Positions 20,716 to 29,332 of a stretch of DNA of 64,000 bases are shown here, piece by piece; position 1 is the stretch's first letter, and each line of letters starts with the position of its first letter. The stretch is taken from the NCBI GenBank assembly GCA_963843575.1, contig CAWJKZ010000024.1, positions 1 to 64,000 of the forward strand, in the 5' to 3' direction. Below the pieces are notes generated by a model. It searched no databases. It was not told where the DNA came from and saw nothing but the letters and a program-made list of their open reading frames with translations. The DNA comes from an uncultured Acidobacteriota bacterium. Lineage in GTDB: Bacteria; Acidobacteriota; UBA6911. The position numbers and the translations under genes are program-made.

Positions 20716-21592
20716 GCACGGCAATCGTACCGTTCAGGGAGAAGGTCGCGACGGTCCAGACGCTCCTGAAGCAGAACGAGGCCGCCATCGAGTCCATCCT
20801 GCCGAGGCACATGACGGCGAGACCGCATGCTGAAGGTCGTCAACCTGATCGTCCGGAGAAACCCGAAGCTCCTGGACTGCACGCCGCAGAGCCTGATCGG
20901 CGCGGTCATGGAGGCGTCGAGCCTCGGGCTGGAGCCAGGCATCCTCGGGCAGGCGTACTTCGTGCCGTTCCGCAACACCAAGACCGGCAAGATGGAGGTG
21001 CAGCTGATCGCCGGGTACAAGGGGCTGATCCAGCTCTGCCGCAATACCGGCGAGCTCTCGACCATCTCCGCCCACGTCGTCTATGCCAAGGACAAGTTCG
21101 ACTGGACGCTCGGCACCGAACCGAAGATCGTCCACGTGCCCAAGCGAGGACGAAGAGCCCGGCGAACTCCGGGCGGCCTATGCCGTCGCCCACCTGAAAG
21201 ACGGCGGGATGCAGCTCGACGTGATGTTCCGCCGCGACGTCGAGAGGATCCGCAAGAGCAGCCGCTCAGCCGACTCCGGGCCCTGGGTCAGTCACTACGA
21301 AGAAATGGCCAAGAAGACCGTCGTGCGCCGGCTGGCGAAGTACCTGCCGGCCAGCACCGAGAAGATGCACCGCCTGGTGGAGCTGGACGAGCAAGCCGAG
21401 GCGGGGATCCCGCAGGATCTGGCGCTGCCGTCGATCGAGGTTGCGGAAGAGCCGGATGTGCAGCCGGCATCGAAGCTCGACGCCATCGTCGCAAGGGCGC
21501 GCAAGCCGAAGGAAGCGCCTGCCAACCCGGAGTCTGCCGGAAGCGAACCGGAACTGCCGCTGGAGCGAGAGCCAGGGTGCGACGACGCATGA
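20712..21592 (+). CDS. recT: RecT-family single-strand annealing protein (indel-split)
   Basis: NPKLLDCTPQSLIGA...LGLEP..LGQAY.VPF, GYKGLI.L..., GPW..HYEEMAKKTVVRRL.KYLP. Confidence 0.92.
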
Positions 21593-21668
21593 ATATCAAT
21601 CCCGGCGTGAGCCAGCTGTTGATGGAAGGCGAACTGGTGCTGAGCAAGACGCTGAGGAGGCACGCGTG

Positions 21669-21827
21669 ATGCCATACATGCTGGAGTGTCCCGAGTGCGA
21701 GCGCATGACGGTTGCCGATCCGCGGTGCGAGGAACCAGTTTGCCAGAACTGCGGCGAGCAGTTTCTGGATCAGGACTTTGACCCGCCGCAGACGGCCGAA
21801 GAGCTCTTCGGAGGACAGTGGCAATGA
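21669..21827 (+). CDS. Small zinc-ribbon phage protein
   Basis: MPYMLECPEC...CQNC; GGAGG RBS. Confidence 0.55.
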   Translation: MPYMLECPECERMTVADPRCEEPVCQNCGEQFLDQDFDPPQTAEELFGGQWQ

Positions 21828-22063
21828 ACATCGTGGCCTTCTTGGTAGGAGTGCTGGTCGGCGTTGCCGCCGGATTCACCATCATGGCGGCGGCGAGCGT
21901 GGCCGGCAGTGCCAGTCAGGCCGAGCACTTCCAGGAAGTCCTGTCCGCACGATGCGAGCAGTGCCCGAAGAAAGCCAATAAGTCGGCGCCGGCGGAAGTC
22001 ATCCCGCTCCCGATGCCCGGGAAAGACCGGTACGGCAGGATTAAGGGCTGGAGGGTGAAGTGA
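21824..22063 (+). CDS. Small membrane-anchored phage protein
   Basis: Hydrophobic N-terminal helix; overlapping start/stop junctions. Confidence 0.55.
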   Translation: MNIVAFLVGVLVGVAAGFTIMAAASVAGSASQAEHFQEVLSARCEQCPKKANKSAPAEVIPLPMPGKDRYGRIKGWRVK

Positions 22064-22380
22064 TCAGCTACCTTGAGGAGACGCTGCTTTGGCAGATACG
22101 GTGTTCCCAAAACTGCCCGGAACCACAGAGGGAATACCGGTTTGCTCCACCCAGGCGCTGGCGCCTCGACCTCGCTTGGCCGGCTAAGAAAGTGGCTGTG
22201 GAGGTGGAAGGCGCCACCTATTCACGCGGTCGGCATACGCGAGGGTCGGGCTTCCAGAAGGACGCCGAAAAACATAATGCTGCGGCGCTCGCCGGCTGGC
22301 GCGTGCTGCGGGTCACGGCAAGAGACATCAAGCGCGGAGTTGCGCTGAACCTGATCGAGAGGGCGTTATGCGAAGGGTGA
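22060..22380 (+). CDS. DUF559-like PD-(D/E)XK endonuclease
   Basis: EYRFAP.RRWRLDLAWP..KVAVEVEG...RGRH....GF.KD.EK.N.A...GW.VLR. Confidence 0.85.
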   Translation: MISYLEETLLWQIRCSQNCPEPQREYRFAPPRRWRLDLAWPAKKVAVEVEGATYSRGRHTRGSGFQKDAEKHNAAALAGWRVLRVTARDIKRGVALNLIERALCEG

Positions 22381-22561
22381 AGGAGATCCGGGGCTGGCAG
22401 CTGGTGAAGCTGTTGCGCGCTCTGAACGAGCGCGAAGGGCCGGGCCAACGAGGAGGTTTCTGACGTGCGGCATTGCACGGCTTTGAGAAACGCCAAACAA
22501 CGGACGCGGACGAGCTCGACCAGATCGAGGGATGTACGGCCGAGCTGACGAGGAGGTAGCC

Positions 22562-22759
22562 ATGCCGTTTCCGAACACGGAGCAGGAGCTGGCCGAGGCC
22601 GGCTACGAGTTCGAGAACACCGGAAAGTGTAAAGGCTGCGGGGTGGAAATCGCATGGTATCGAACGCCGCGCGGGCGGCATATTCTCCTCAACGAGGGAA
22701 CACTGGAGCGACATTTCAACTCGTGCCCGAAGGTGCAGGATCTTCGGAGACAAGTGTGA
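22562..22759 (+). CDS. Small zinc-binding phage protein
   Basis: GGAGG RBS; CKGCG..I.W..T..G.....N......HF.SC. Confidence 0.65.
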   Translation: MPFPNTEQELAEAGYEFENTGKCKGCGVEIAWYRTPRGRHILLNEGTLERHFNSCPKVQDLRRQV

Positions 22760-23718
22760 GTACCAGCACCTACTTCGTCCAGGACTCGGTGACAGGCGCC
22801 GTTAAGATTGACATTTCTGTGAGCGTCTCATCCCGTGTTGCAGCCCTCCAGACGTGTAATCCGCACAAATTGAACTTGCTCGGGATTGTCCAACGCAATA
22901 TTGAGCGAGAACTGCACTCTCAGTTCAAGGACATCAGACTTAACGGCGAGTGGTTCAAGGGAGAGCCAGAGCTCCTTCGGTGGTTAAAGGAGAACCTCGA
23001 ACTTAATAAGGCGGCCGCCGCCGAAATTGATGCGCAGATCAGAAAGATCCGCGATGGAAGATTGCAGCGGCTGCGTCCACAACAGGAAGCACAGGCATTC
23101 AGCGAGCTCGAGGTTTTATGTGACAGGATATTTGCCATCAGCCAGCATGACCCCGAAGAAGCAGCCCTCGACATTGTCGGCTACTGTGCTCCAGACGATC
23201 TTTACGCCTGCTTCTCCGATCCCGAGCTTGGGGACGAGTTCTGTTATGACGTCTGGGGATACGCGTGTGAGTGGCATACATGGGAAGACTCGATCAACGC
23301 GATTGTGGAGTCCGGACACGCAAGAAAGATCGGGGTCAATGAGCGGGAACGACTCATTTATGTCGTTCTCAATCCCGTCAACTCGGATGATTACCGATAT
23401 TGGCTCATCGACGAGCTTCCCGATATCGGCATGGAGTTAGACAATCTAGCATGGACGCTCGAGGTAAGCCTGTTCGATCCAGTCGCCGGCATCTGCCGGG
23501 ATCGCCTCAACTGCGCCGCCCTCTGGGTTGAACGTCTTGTGGAACAAAGGCGACCCGATCTTGCCCCGTTCGACCGCCAAGTCCTCACAGGCTACATAAT
23601 CGAGCGGCTTGGAATACCCGTCCATGTACCCGAGGAGAAGCGCAGTCGGCCACATATTCGGCCGGCAAATGCTGCGCAACTGGCCCTTTTCTGCACTGCG
23701 AGGCAGTCCGATGTCTGA
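22756..23718 (+). CDS. GIY-YIG (T5orf172/MUG113-like) domain protein with unknown acidic C-terminal domain
   Basis: TYFVQ...VKI..S...R...LQT.NP..L...E.ELH..F...R..GEWF; lower GC than neighbours. Confidence 0.75.
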   Translation: MSTSTYFVQDSVTGAVKIDISVSVSSRVAALQTCNPHKLNLLGIVQRNIERELHSQFKDIRLNGEWFKGEPELLRWLKENLELNKAAAAEIDAQIRKIRDGRLQRLRPQQEAQAFSELEVLCDRIFAISQHDPEEAALDIVGYCAPDDLYACFSDPELGDEFCYDVWGYACEWHTWEDSINAIVESGHARKIGVNERERLIYVVLNPVNSDDYRYWLIDELPDIGMELDNLAWTLEVSLFDPVAGICRDRLNCAALWVERLVEQRRPDLAPFDRQVLTGYIIERLGIPVHVPEEKRSRPHIRPANAAQLALFCTARQSDV

Positions 23719-23983
23719 GCGGCTCGTCGTTGTTCCAGTCAAACACCCATCGCCGATCCAACCGGCGGCAATGCACGAGCTTGCCGCGGCCAAGTATATC
23801 GGCACAAACCGCACCTATTTCCGCCAGCTGGTTGAACGGGGCGTTATCCCGTTCACGGTCCACCTCGTGGGCAAGGCCCGCCTGTATCTTCGATCCGATC
23901 TTGATGCGTACCTTTGCAGCCTCAAAAAGCGTAGTATGGCCTCGTGCGAAAACCCGCCATCTCCGAAAGAGGTGGCTCAATGA
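23711..23983 (+). CDS. xis: Excisionase-like HTH protein
   Basis: AAKYIG.......LV..G.IP......K..Y.RSDLDAY, coupled to the integrase start. Confidence 0.75.
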   Translation: MSERLVVVPVKHPSPIQPAAMHELAAAKYIGTNRTYFRQLVERGVIPFTVHLVGKARLYLRSDLDAYLCSLKKRSMASCENPPSPKEVAQ

Positions 23984-25036
23984 GCGTTCGATTGGACAAA
24001 GAGAGCGGCAATTGGTTCGTCGACACGCGCGCCTGGCCGGATGGCATCAGGACGCGCAAGTGGATGCCGGACCTCGAAACCGCGAACCGGATCAACAAGA
24101 AAATCGAGGTGGCCTGTGCTGACGAGGAGCGGATCTGGCGGCGGCTCCGCCGTGACTTGGGTCTCGACTTCAAGGCGCTGGGTACCTTTAAGAATTTCGT
24201 GGATACCATCTACGTACCGCAATACGTCACGGTCTACAACCGCGACGTCGGTAGCAAGCTGGCAAAGCTCAACATTCTGTGCCGACACCTCGGCAAGGTT
24301 TCGTTCGAGGGCATGAACCTTCAAAATGTTTGTCAATTCGTCGGCCGGCGCAAGGCTGACAAAAAGGCCGACACCACCATCCACCACGACCTTGACGTCC
24401 TTCATCACGTCTACGAGTGGGCGGTAGAGATGGAGTACCTGCTGTCCAACCCGATTGCCAAGATGAAGTTCGTCGACGAGGACACGCCTGAACGTCCCCG
24501 GCCGGCGGAAGAGGCAATTGACGACATCATGGAAAAACTCGACCAGCGCGCGCTTCCGGTGTTCGCATTCCTCCGCGACACTGGGGCTCGCCGCGGCGAG
24601 GCTATCACGCTACACCCCGACCAGCTGGACCTCTCTAGGTGCGAGGTCGTCCTCAAGAACATCAAGATCGGCAAGTCACGGTCGCGGCGGGTTCCCCTGA
24701 CGGATCTCGGCATCTGGGCCGTGCAGGCCATGCCCAGGGTCGGCGAATACATTTTTTACAATCCGGATAACCTGAAGCCGTGGACGGGTGATTCGGTGGC
24801 GCTGCAGTGGGAACGAGCCAGGGAAGCGGCAGGGCATCCCCGGCTCTGGATTCACGATTTGCGCCATGCCTACGCGATCAAGCTCGCGGAGGCGGGCTGT
24901 CCGATGCATTACATTTCGGCAATGCTCGACCACTCGTCCGTGGATTTCACCAGAACAAGAGTACGCGCGTTTCAGTCCTGAATCGGCATCGAAACACGTT
25001 TTAGAGGTGCTCCAAGGGTTGCGCGGCAAGAAGTAG
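23980..25036 (+). CDS. int: Tyrosine integrase (frameshift near 24955)
   Basis: TGARRGE, K, HDLRH, LDHSS, and the catalytic Y (YARF) in the shifted frame. Confidence 0.92.
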
Positions 25037-25108
25037 GGAAGGGCAGTATGTGGGCAGGGGCAATTTTTGACGGAAGTTCCGAAACGCTGCAAGTGCATTG
25101 ATTCTAAA

Positions 25109-25185
25109 TGGTACGCCTGGCTGGGTTCGAACCAGCGACCTTCGGCTCCGGAGGCCGACGCTCTATCCATCTGAGCTACAGGCGC
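25109..25185 (-). tRNA. tRNA-Arg: tRNA-Arg (anticodon CCG); likely prophage attachment site
   Basis: Cloverleaf, anticodon arm tcggc-ctCCGga-gccga, encoded CCA. Confidence 0.95.
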
Positions 25186-25214
25186 ACTTTGAAAGGCCTT
25201 CCCCCCAAGTTGGG

Positions 25215-25291
25215 TGGCGCACCCGGCCCGACTCGAACGGGCGACCTGCGGATTCGAAGTCCGACGCTCTATCCAACTGAGCTACGGGTGC
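25215..25291 (-). tRNA. tRNA-Arg: tRNA-Arg (anticodon TCG)
   Basis: Cloverleaf, loop ctTCGaa, encoded CCA. Confidence 0.92.
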
Positions 25292-25306
25292 CCCTCTTCG
25301 AAAGTT

Positions 25307-25383
25307 TGGGGTGAGCGAGGGGATTCGAACCCCCGGCCGCTGGAGCCACAATCCAGAGCTCTACCAACTGAGCTACGCTCACC
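25307..25383 (-). tRNA. tRNA-His: tRNA-His (GTG), including G-1
   Basis: Anticodon arm ctgga-ttGTGgc-tccag; C73 discriminator and CCA. Confidence 0.95.
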
Positions 25384-25395
25384 ACACAACCCGGG

Positions 25396-25472
25396 TGGTA
25401 CGCCCAGCAGGACTCGAACCTGCGACCCTCTGCTTAGAAGGCAGATGCTCTATCCACCTGAGCTATGGGCGC
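25396..25472 (-). tRNA. tRNA-Arg: tRNA-Arg (anticodon TCT)
   Basis: Anticodon arm tctgc-ctTCTaa-gcaga, encoded CCA. Confidence 0.95.
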
Positions 25473-25694
25473 AAACCATTAATTTTCAATGAGGACGCCA
25501 CCTGCCGTCAAGGCAGGGGAAAGCGAGTATAGCAGAACAGGTCATGGGTTGGCCAGTGCGCCGAAGCCCGCCCCCACCTGGGGGCCTGGCGGAAGGGACG
25601 ACACATCCTCGGAATCTGAGCGTTGGACACGCCCCGGACGTTTTTAAAGCCGTTGCATATCGTGACAGATGCACTTTGCAGCTACTGCAAAAGA

Positions 25695-25721
25695 CGTCCG
25701 GGCTGAAGCCCGGACCCACTT
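25695..25721 (-). repeat. GTGG-type REP palindrome
   Basis: Exact reverse complement of 29179-29205 (aagtgggtccgggcttcagcccggacg). Confidence 0.75.
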
Positions 25722-25845
25722 GTCTTACGGGCAGGGCGGGTGGTTCAACCGTTGGACAGCCTCTTCAGCCCGGGCCTAACCGATGCGCATAAACCGCAGG
25801 TTCCGCGCTAACAGGTTCCGCGCTAATATGATATCCGTCGACAAC

Positions 25846-27073
25846 ATGAGAGCCCTGATCCTCTTCTACTCCAAGTCCGGCGTTCGCATCGCGGTGCAGT
25901 CCTACGCGCCGTTGTTCTCGGCGCTGATCGCCTGGATCATGCTGAGCATGTACCCCGCGGCGACGGTACGCAACATAGCGGCCGGGTTGTTTGCGCCCCG
26001 GCCGGCACTGCCCGGGGTGTTCGCGCTGGCGGCACTGGCATTTTTGCTGCCCGCCTGGGCGGCTCTCCGGCTCGCGGCGGGAGTCAACGGCTGGATGAGG
26101 CACCTGCCGTTGTCTGGTGCGGCGCACCGGGGCGGCCTGACGCTGGCGCTCGGCATCGTGCAGGCTCCGCTGGCCGCGGCGCTGGCACTCCTGGCCGTGG
26201 TGGCGTCGGGCCAGCAGCTCGCCGTTGCCGGCCCGCTTACGCGGCACCTGCTGGTCCTGATTGCGGGTGCCGTCGGCGCTCTGCGGGTGGCCCGCAGGTT
26301 TGTTGTGCTGTCCCTGGCGCCGGCCGCCGCCGCGACGGCCGCGTTCGGGGCTTGGTGGGCCGTGCCTCTGTCCGTCCCGTTGCTGGTCGCCGCCGGCTGT
26401 CTTGCGGGATCCATCCGCGAACGGCGCCGTCTGCGGCCTCTGCCGACGGCCGGGACATTTTTCGAGCTGCGCACCGCCTGGCGCGCCGTGCGCTGGCGCA
26501 TACTCCGCGCGTATGGCGCGGGGTTGGCGGTGGTCGGCGCGACCGCCCTGTTTGCCTCCAACAACCCGATGCCCGGCCCCCTGCTTTCCGCGACCGTCCG
26601 GTTCGGGGGCTCATTCGCCGTGGCGCTCTTCATGACGGTTCTGGCCCAGCAGTTGGCAGTACGCCGGCCCGTCTGGCCCTGGGCCCGGTCCCTGCCGTAC
26701 TCGTCAGGGCGGCGCATCCTGTCGGACGCGCTGATCCTGGGTCTGCCGGCCGTCCCGCTCCTCGCGCTGGCGTCGTTTGATCGACGCCGTGGGCGCGCTG
26801 GCCTCCCTGTCCGCCATGCTCTTGCTCTCGTTGCGTGCGGCTGGGTACATCCGGCGCATACCCGAGCGAAAGACCGGGGGCGGCATGATCCTGGTCGAAG
26901 GATTTGCCCTGGCGGCGGCGCTGGCGCTGTTCGCATGGTCGTCGCTGGTCTGGTTGGCCGTGGTGCCTGCGGCGTTCGGCGCGGCCCGGCGGCTCGAGAC
27001 GAGGCAGAAGGTGACCCGTTGGCTCGAATTGCACCACACCGCCGCCGGCGATCCCATGTCCTGGAGTGGCTGA
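25846..27073 (+). CDS. Multi-pass membrane protein, probable ABC exporter permease (frameshift near 26778)
   Basis: Many hydrophobic helices, two xLP(L/Y)S motifs, coupled to an ABC ATPase. Confidence 0.65.
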
Positions 27074-27795
27074 TGATCCGGTTTACCGGGGTTTCGTTTG
27101 ACTATGGCAGCGGCAACACGGTCCTGAAGGATGTCACGGTCGACATCGGCCAGGGACTTACGCTGCTGCTGGGGCCCAACGGGGCCGGAAAGAGCACCCT
27201 GCTGAAGCTGGCGGCAGGGGTCGAGCGGCCCGACTCGGGGAAGGTCGAGATCGACGGCCTCGACCTATGGCGCGAGGAGGCCGCCGCACGTCGCACGCTC
27301 GCCTACGTAAGTGAACAACCGGATCTGACGCCCTACGCGACGATACGCGACGTGCTCCAACTCGTCTGCAGGCTGCGTTCGGTGGCGCCCGCATCGGCCG
27401 GGGAGGTCCTGGAGAAGTGCGGCCTCGGAAGCTTTTCGGGCCGCTCCATTCGGGAGCTCTCGATGGGGCAGAGGCGCCGGGCCGTCCTGGCCGCCGCCTG
27501 GATCGGGGAACCCCGCACCGTGTTGCTGGACGAGCCGCTTGAGGCGATGGATCGCGGCATGAGGGACGACATCATTTCGTGGATCGACCGGCTGCTGGCC
27601 CGGGAAGCGCTCGTGTTGGTCGCTACGCACGACATCGAGCCGTTTGTCGCACGGGCCCGCCGCGCCCTCACCGTCGCGGGCCGCCGCCGGCTTTTCGAGC
27701 CGCTGCCCGGGGCGGCGGCCGAGCGCCTCGCCTGTCTCGAAGCCCTGAGTCGCGGCCAGGTCCTGCCCGCGCTCGCCCTTGAGGAGAGAGTCTGA
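27073..27795 (+). CDS. ABC transporter ATP-binding protein
   Basis: GPNGAGKST, LSMGQ, LLDEP, THD. Confidence 0.92.
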   Translation: MIRFTGVSFDYGSGNTVLKDVTVDIGQGLTLLLGPNGAGKSTLLKLAAGVERPDSGKVEIDGLDLWREEAAARRTLAYVSEQPDLTPYATIRDVLQLVCRLRSVAPASAGEVLEKCGLGSFSGRSIRELSMGQRRRAVLAAAWIGEPRTVLLDEPLEAMDRGMRDDIISWIDRLLAREALVLVATHDIEPFVARARRALTVAGRRRLFEPLPGAAAERLACLEALSRGQVLPALALEERV

Positions 27796-29159
27796 TGGAA
27801 CCCTTCCGCTATCACGTCTACCTCTGCTGCCAGGTGAAACCCGAAGGAGTGCCGGGGTGTGGCGCCCAGGGGGCCGGCGGCGTCATCGAGGCATTGCACC
27901 GGGAGATCGCCGCGCTGGGCCTGACCGATGCGGTGCAGGTCACCACCTGCGGCTCGCTGGGCCTGTGCGAGCACGGCCCGAACATCGTCGTGTATCCGGA
28001 AGGCGTGTGGTATTCGGGTGTGACTCCCGCCGACGTCGCCGAAATCGTCCGATCGCACCTGCGCGACGGCGTGACCGTGGAGCGCCTCGCCCGCGTCGAC
28101 ACGGCCGACGTCCGTGCTGAGATACTTCAGAATCGCGAGAAATTCCAGGCAGCCCAACGCACCAGGCAGGTCTCCGGCGGGCTTCCCGACGAATTCCTGC
28201 AGACGGTCCGGGCCTTCCAGGAAAGCCGCGTCGTGCTGACCGCCATCGAGCTCGACCTATTCACCGCCGTCGGTTCGGGCGCATCCGCGCGGGACGTCGC
28301 GGGCCGCCTCGGCACGGATCCGCGGGCCACCGAGATGCTGCTGAATGCCCTGGTGGGCATGCAGCTGCTGAAGAAGGAGGCCGGCATCTTCAGCCAAACG
28401 CCGGTCTCGGCGCGCCACCTCGCCGAAGGGTCTCCTGAAGACGCGCGGGCAGCCCTGATGCACACGGCGCACCTGTGGCAACGCTGGTCGACCCTCACCG
28501 ACTGCGTGCGCACGGGGGGAGCCGTGGCGATCGAGGAGATGGCGCAGCGCGGCGACGCCTGGACGCGTCCCTTCATCGCCGCGATGGACCGCAACGCTGC
28601 CGAAAGGGCGCCGGTCGTAGTGCGCGCAGTCGGTGCCGGGGGAATTCGGCGCATGCTGGACGTAGGCGGCGGGTCGGCCGCCTACTCGATCGCTTTCGGA
28701 CGGGCGAACCCGACGCTGCAGGCGGAGGTGTTCGACCTCGAGACGGTAGTCCCGATCGCCCGCGCGCACATCGAGGCCGCCGGCCTCTCGGACCGCATTT
28801 CTACACGGGCGGGCGACCTGAGATCCGATGAATTCACGAACGATTTCGACCTCGTACTCGTCTCAGCCATCTGCCACATGCTCGGTCCGCGAGAAAACCA
28901 GTCCCTGCTCGAGCGCTGCTTCAGGGCGCTCGCCCCGGGGGGACGCGTGGTCGTCCAGGACTTCCTACTCCAGTCCGACAAGACCGCCCCGAAGTCGGCG
29001 GTCCTTTTCTCCTTGAACATGCTAGTCGGCACGCGGGAGGGAAGCAGCTACAGCGTCGACGAGTACGCCGGCTGGCTGCGCGCCGCAGGGTTTGCGGACG
29101 TGCGCCACGTGCGTCTGGCTGGGCCGTCGGGGTTGATGATCGGCCAACGCCGGGATTAG
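27795..29159 (+). CDS. Thioredoxin-like [2Fe-2S] ferredoxin fused to an O-methyltransferase (family 2)
   Basis: HVYLC...C...CGSLGLCEHGP.IVVYPEGVWY, then dimerisation HTH and MLDVGGGS motif. Confidence 0.88.
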   Translation: MEPFRYHVYLCCQVKPEGVPGCGAQGAGGVIEALHREIAALGLTDAVQVTTCGSLGLCEHGPNIVVYPEGVWYSGVTPADVAEIVRSHLRDGVTVERLARVDTADVRAEILQNREKFQAAQRTRQVSGGLPDEFLQTVRAFQESRVVLTAIELDLFTAVGSGASARDVAGRLGTDPRATEMLLNALVGMQLLKKEAGIFSQTPVSARHLAEGSPEDARAALMHTAHLWQRWSTLTDCVRTGGAVAIEEMAQRGDAWTRPFIAAMDRNAAERAPVVVRAVGAGGIRRMLDVGGGSAAYSIAFGRANPTLQAEVFDLETVVPIARAHIEAAGLSDRISTRAGDLRSDEFTNDFDLVLVSAICHMLGPRENQSLLERCFRALAPGGRVVVQDFLLQSDKTAPKSAVLFSLNMLVGTREGSSYSVDEYAGWLRAAGFADVRHVRLAGPSGLMIGQRRD

Positions 29160-29178
29160 CGATTCTCGAAGCGGTGCA

Positions 29179-29205
29179 AAGTGGGTCCGGGCTTCAGCCC
29201 GGACG
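29179..29205 (+). repeat. GTGG-type REP palindrome
   Basis: GTGG-led gtccgggc-ttca-gcccggac; identical inverted copy at 25695. Confidence 0.75.
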
Positions 29206-29285
29206 GTTTGCGGTCGCTATGCAGTGCAAGTGGAACTCTATGGAACGGGCTTACGGGTAAGGCGGGCAGATCAACCGCGTCTTTT

Positions 29286-29332
29286 GGGGCCGCGTCGGGC
29301 CGACGCGGCCCACTTCCGACGCGGCCCACTTC
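29286..29332 (-). repeat. Second REP-like palindrome with partial tandem duplication
   Basis: gggccgcgtcgg-g-ccgacgcggccc followed by a second ccgacgcggcccactt. Confidence 0.55.

Larger units (their letters stand above)
1..25150 (+). mobile_element. Prophage (right part, probably defective), integrated at tRNA-Arg(CCG)
   Basis: Co-directional terminase, protease, capsid, portal, connector, tail tube, YqaJ/RecT, excisionase and tyrosine integrase ending next to a tRNA 3' end; left end lies outside the window. Confidence 0.93.

Noticed and set aside
25480-25511. Promoter for the tRNA operon (TTGACG on the minus strand)
   Set aside because: No convincing -10 hexamer at 17-bp spacing, so not listed as a feature
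25797-25826. 15-bp tandem duplication caggttccgcgctaa x2
   Set aside because: Only two copies; a slippage duplication with no supporting function
25783-27795. 670-aa apparent permease-ATPase fusion
   Set aside because: Frameshift near 26778; the permease ends at the TGATG overlap at 27071-27075 where the ATPase starts
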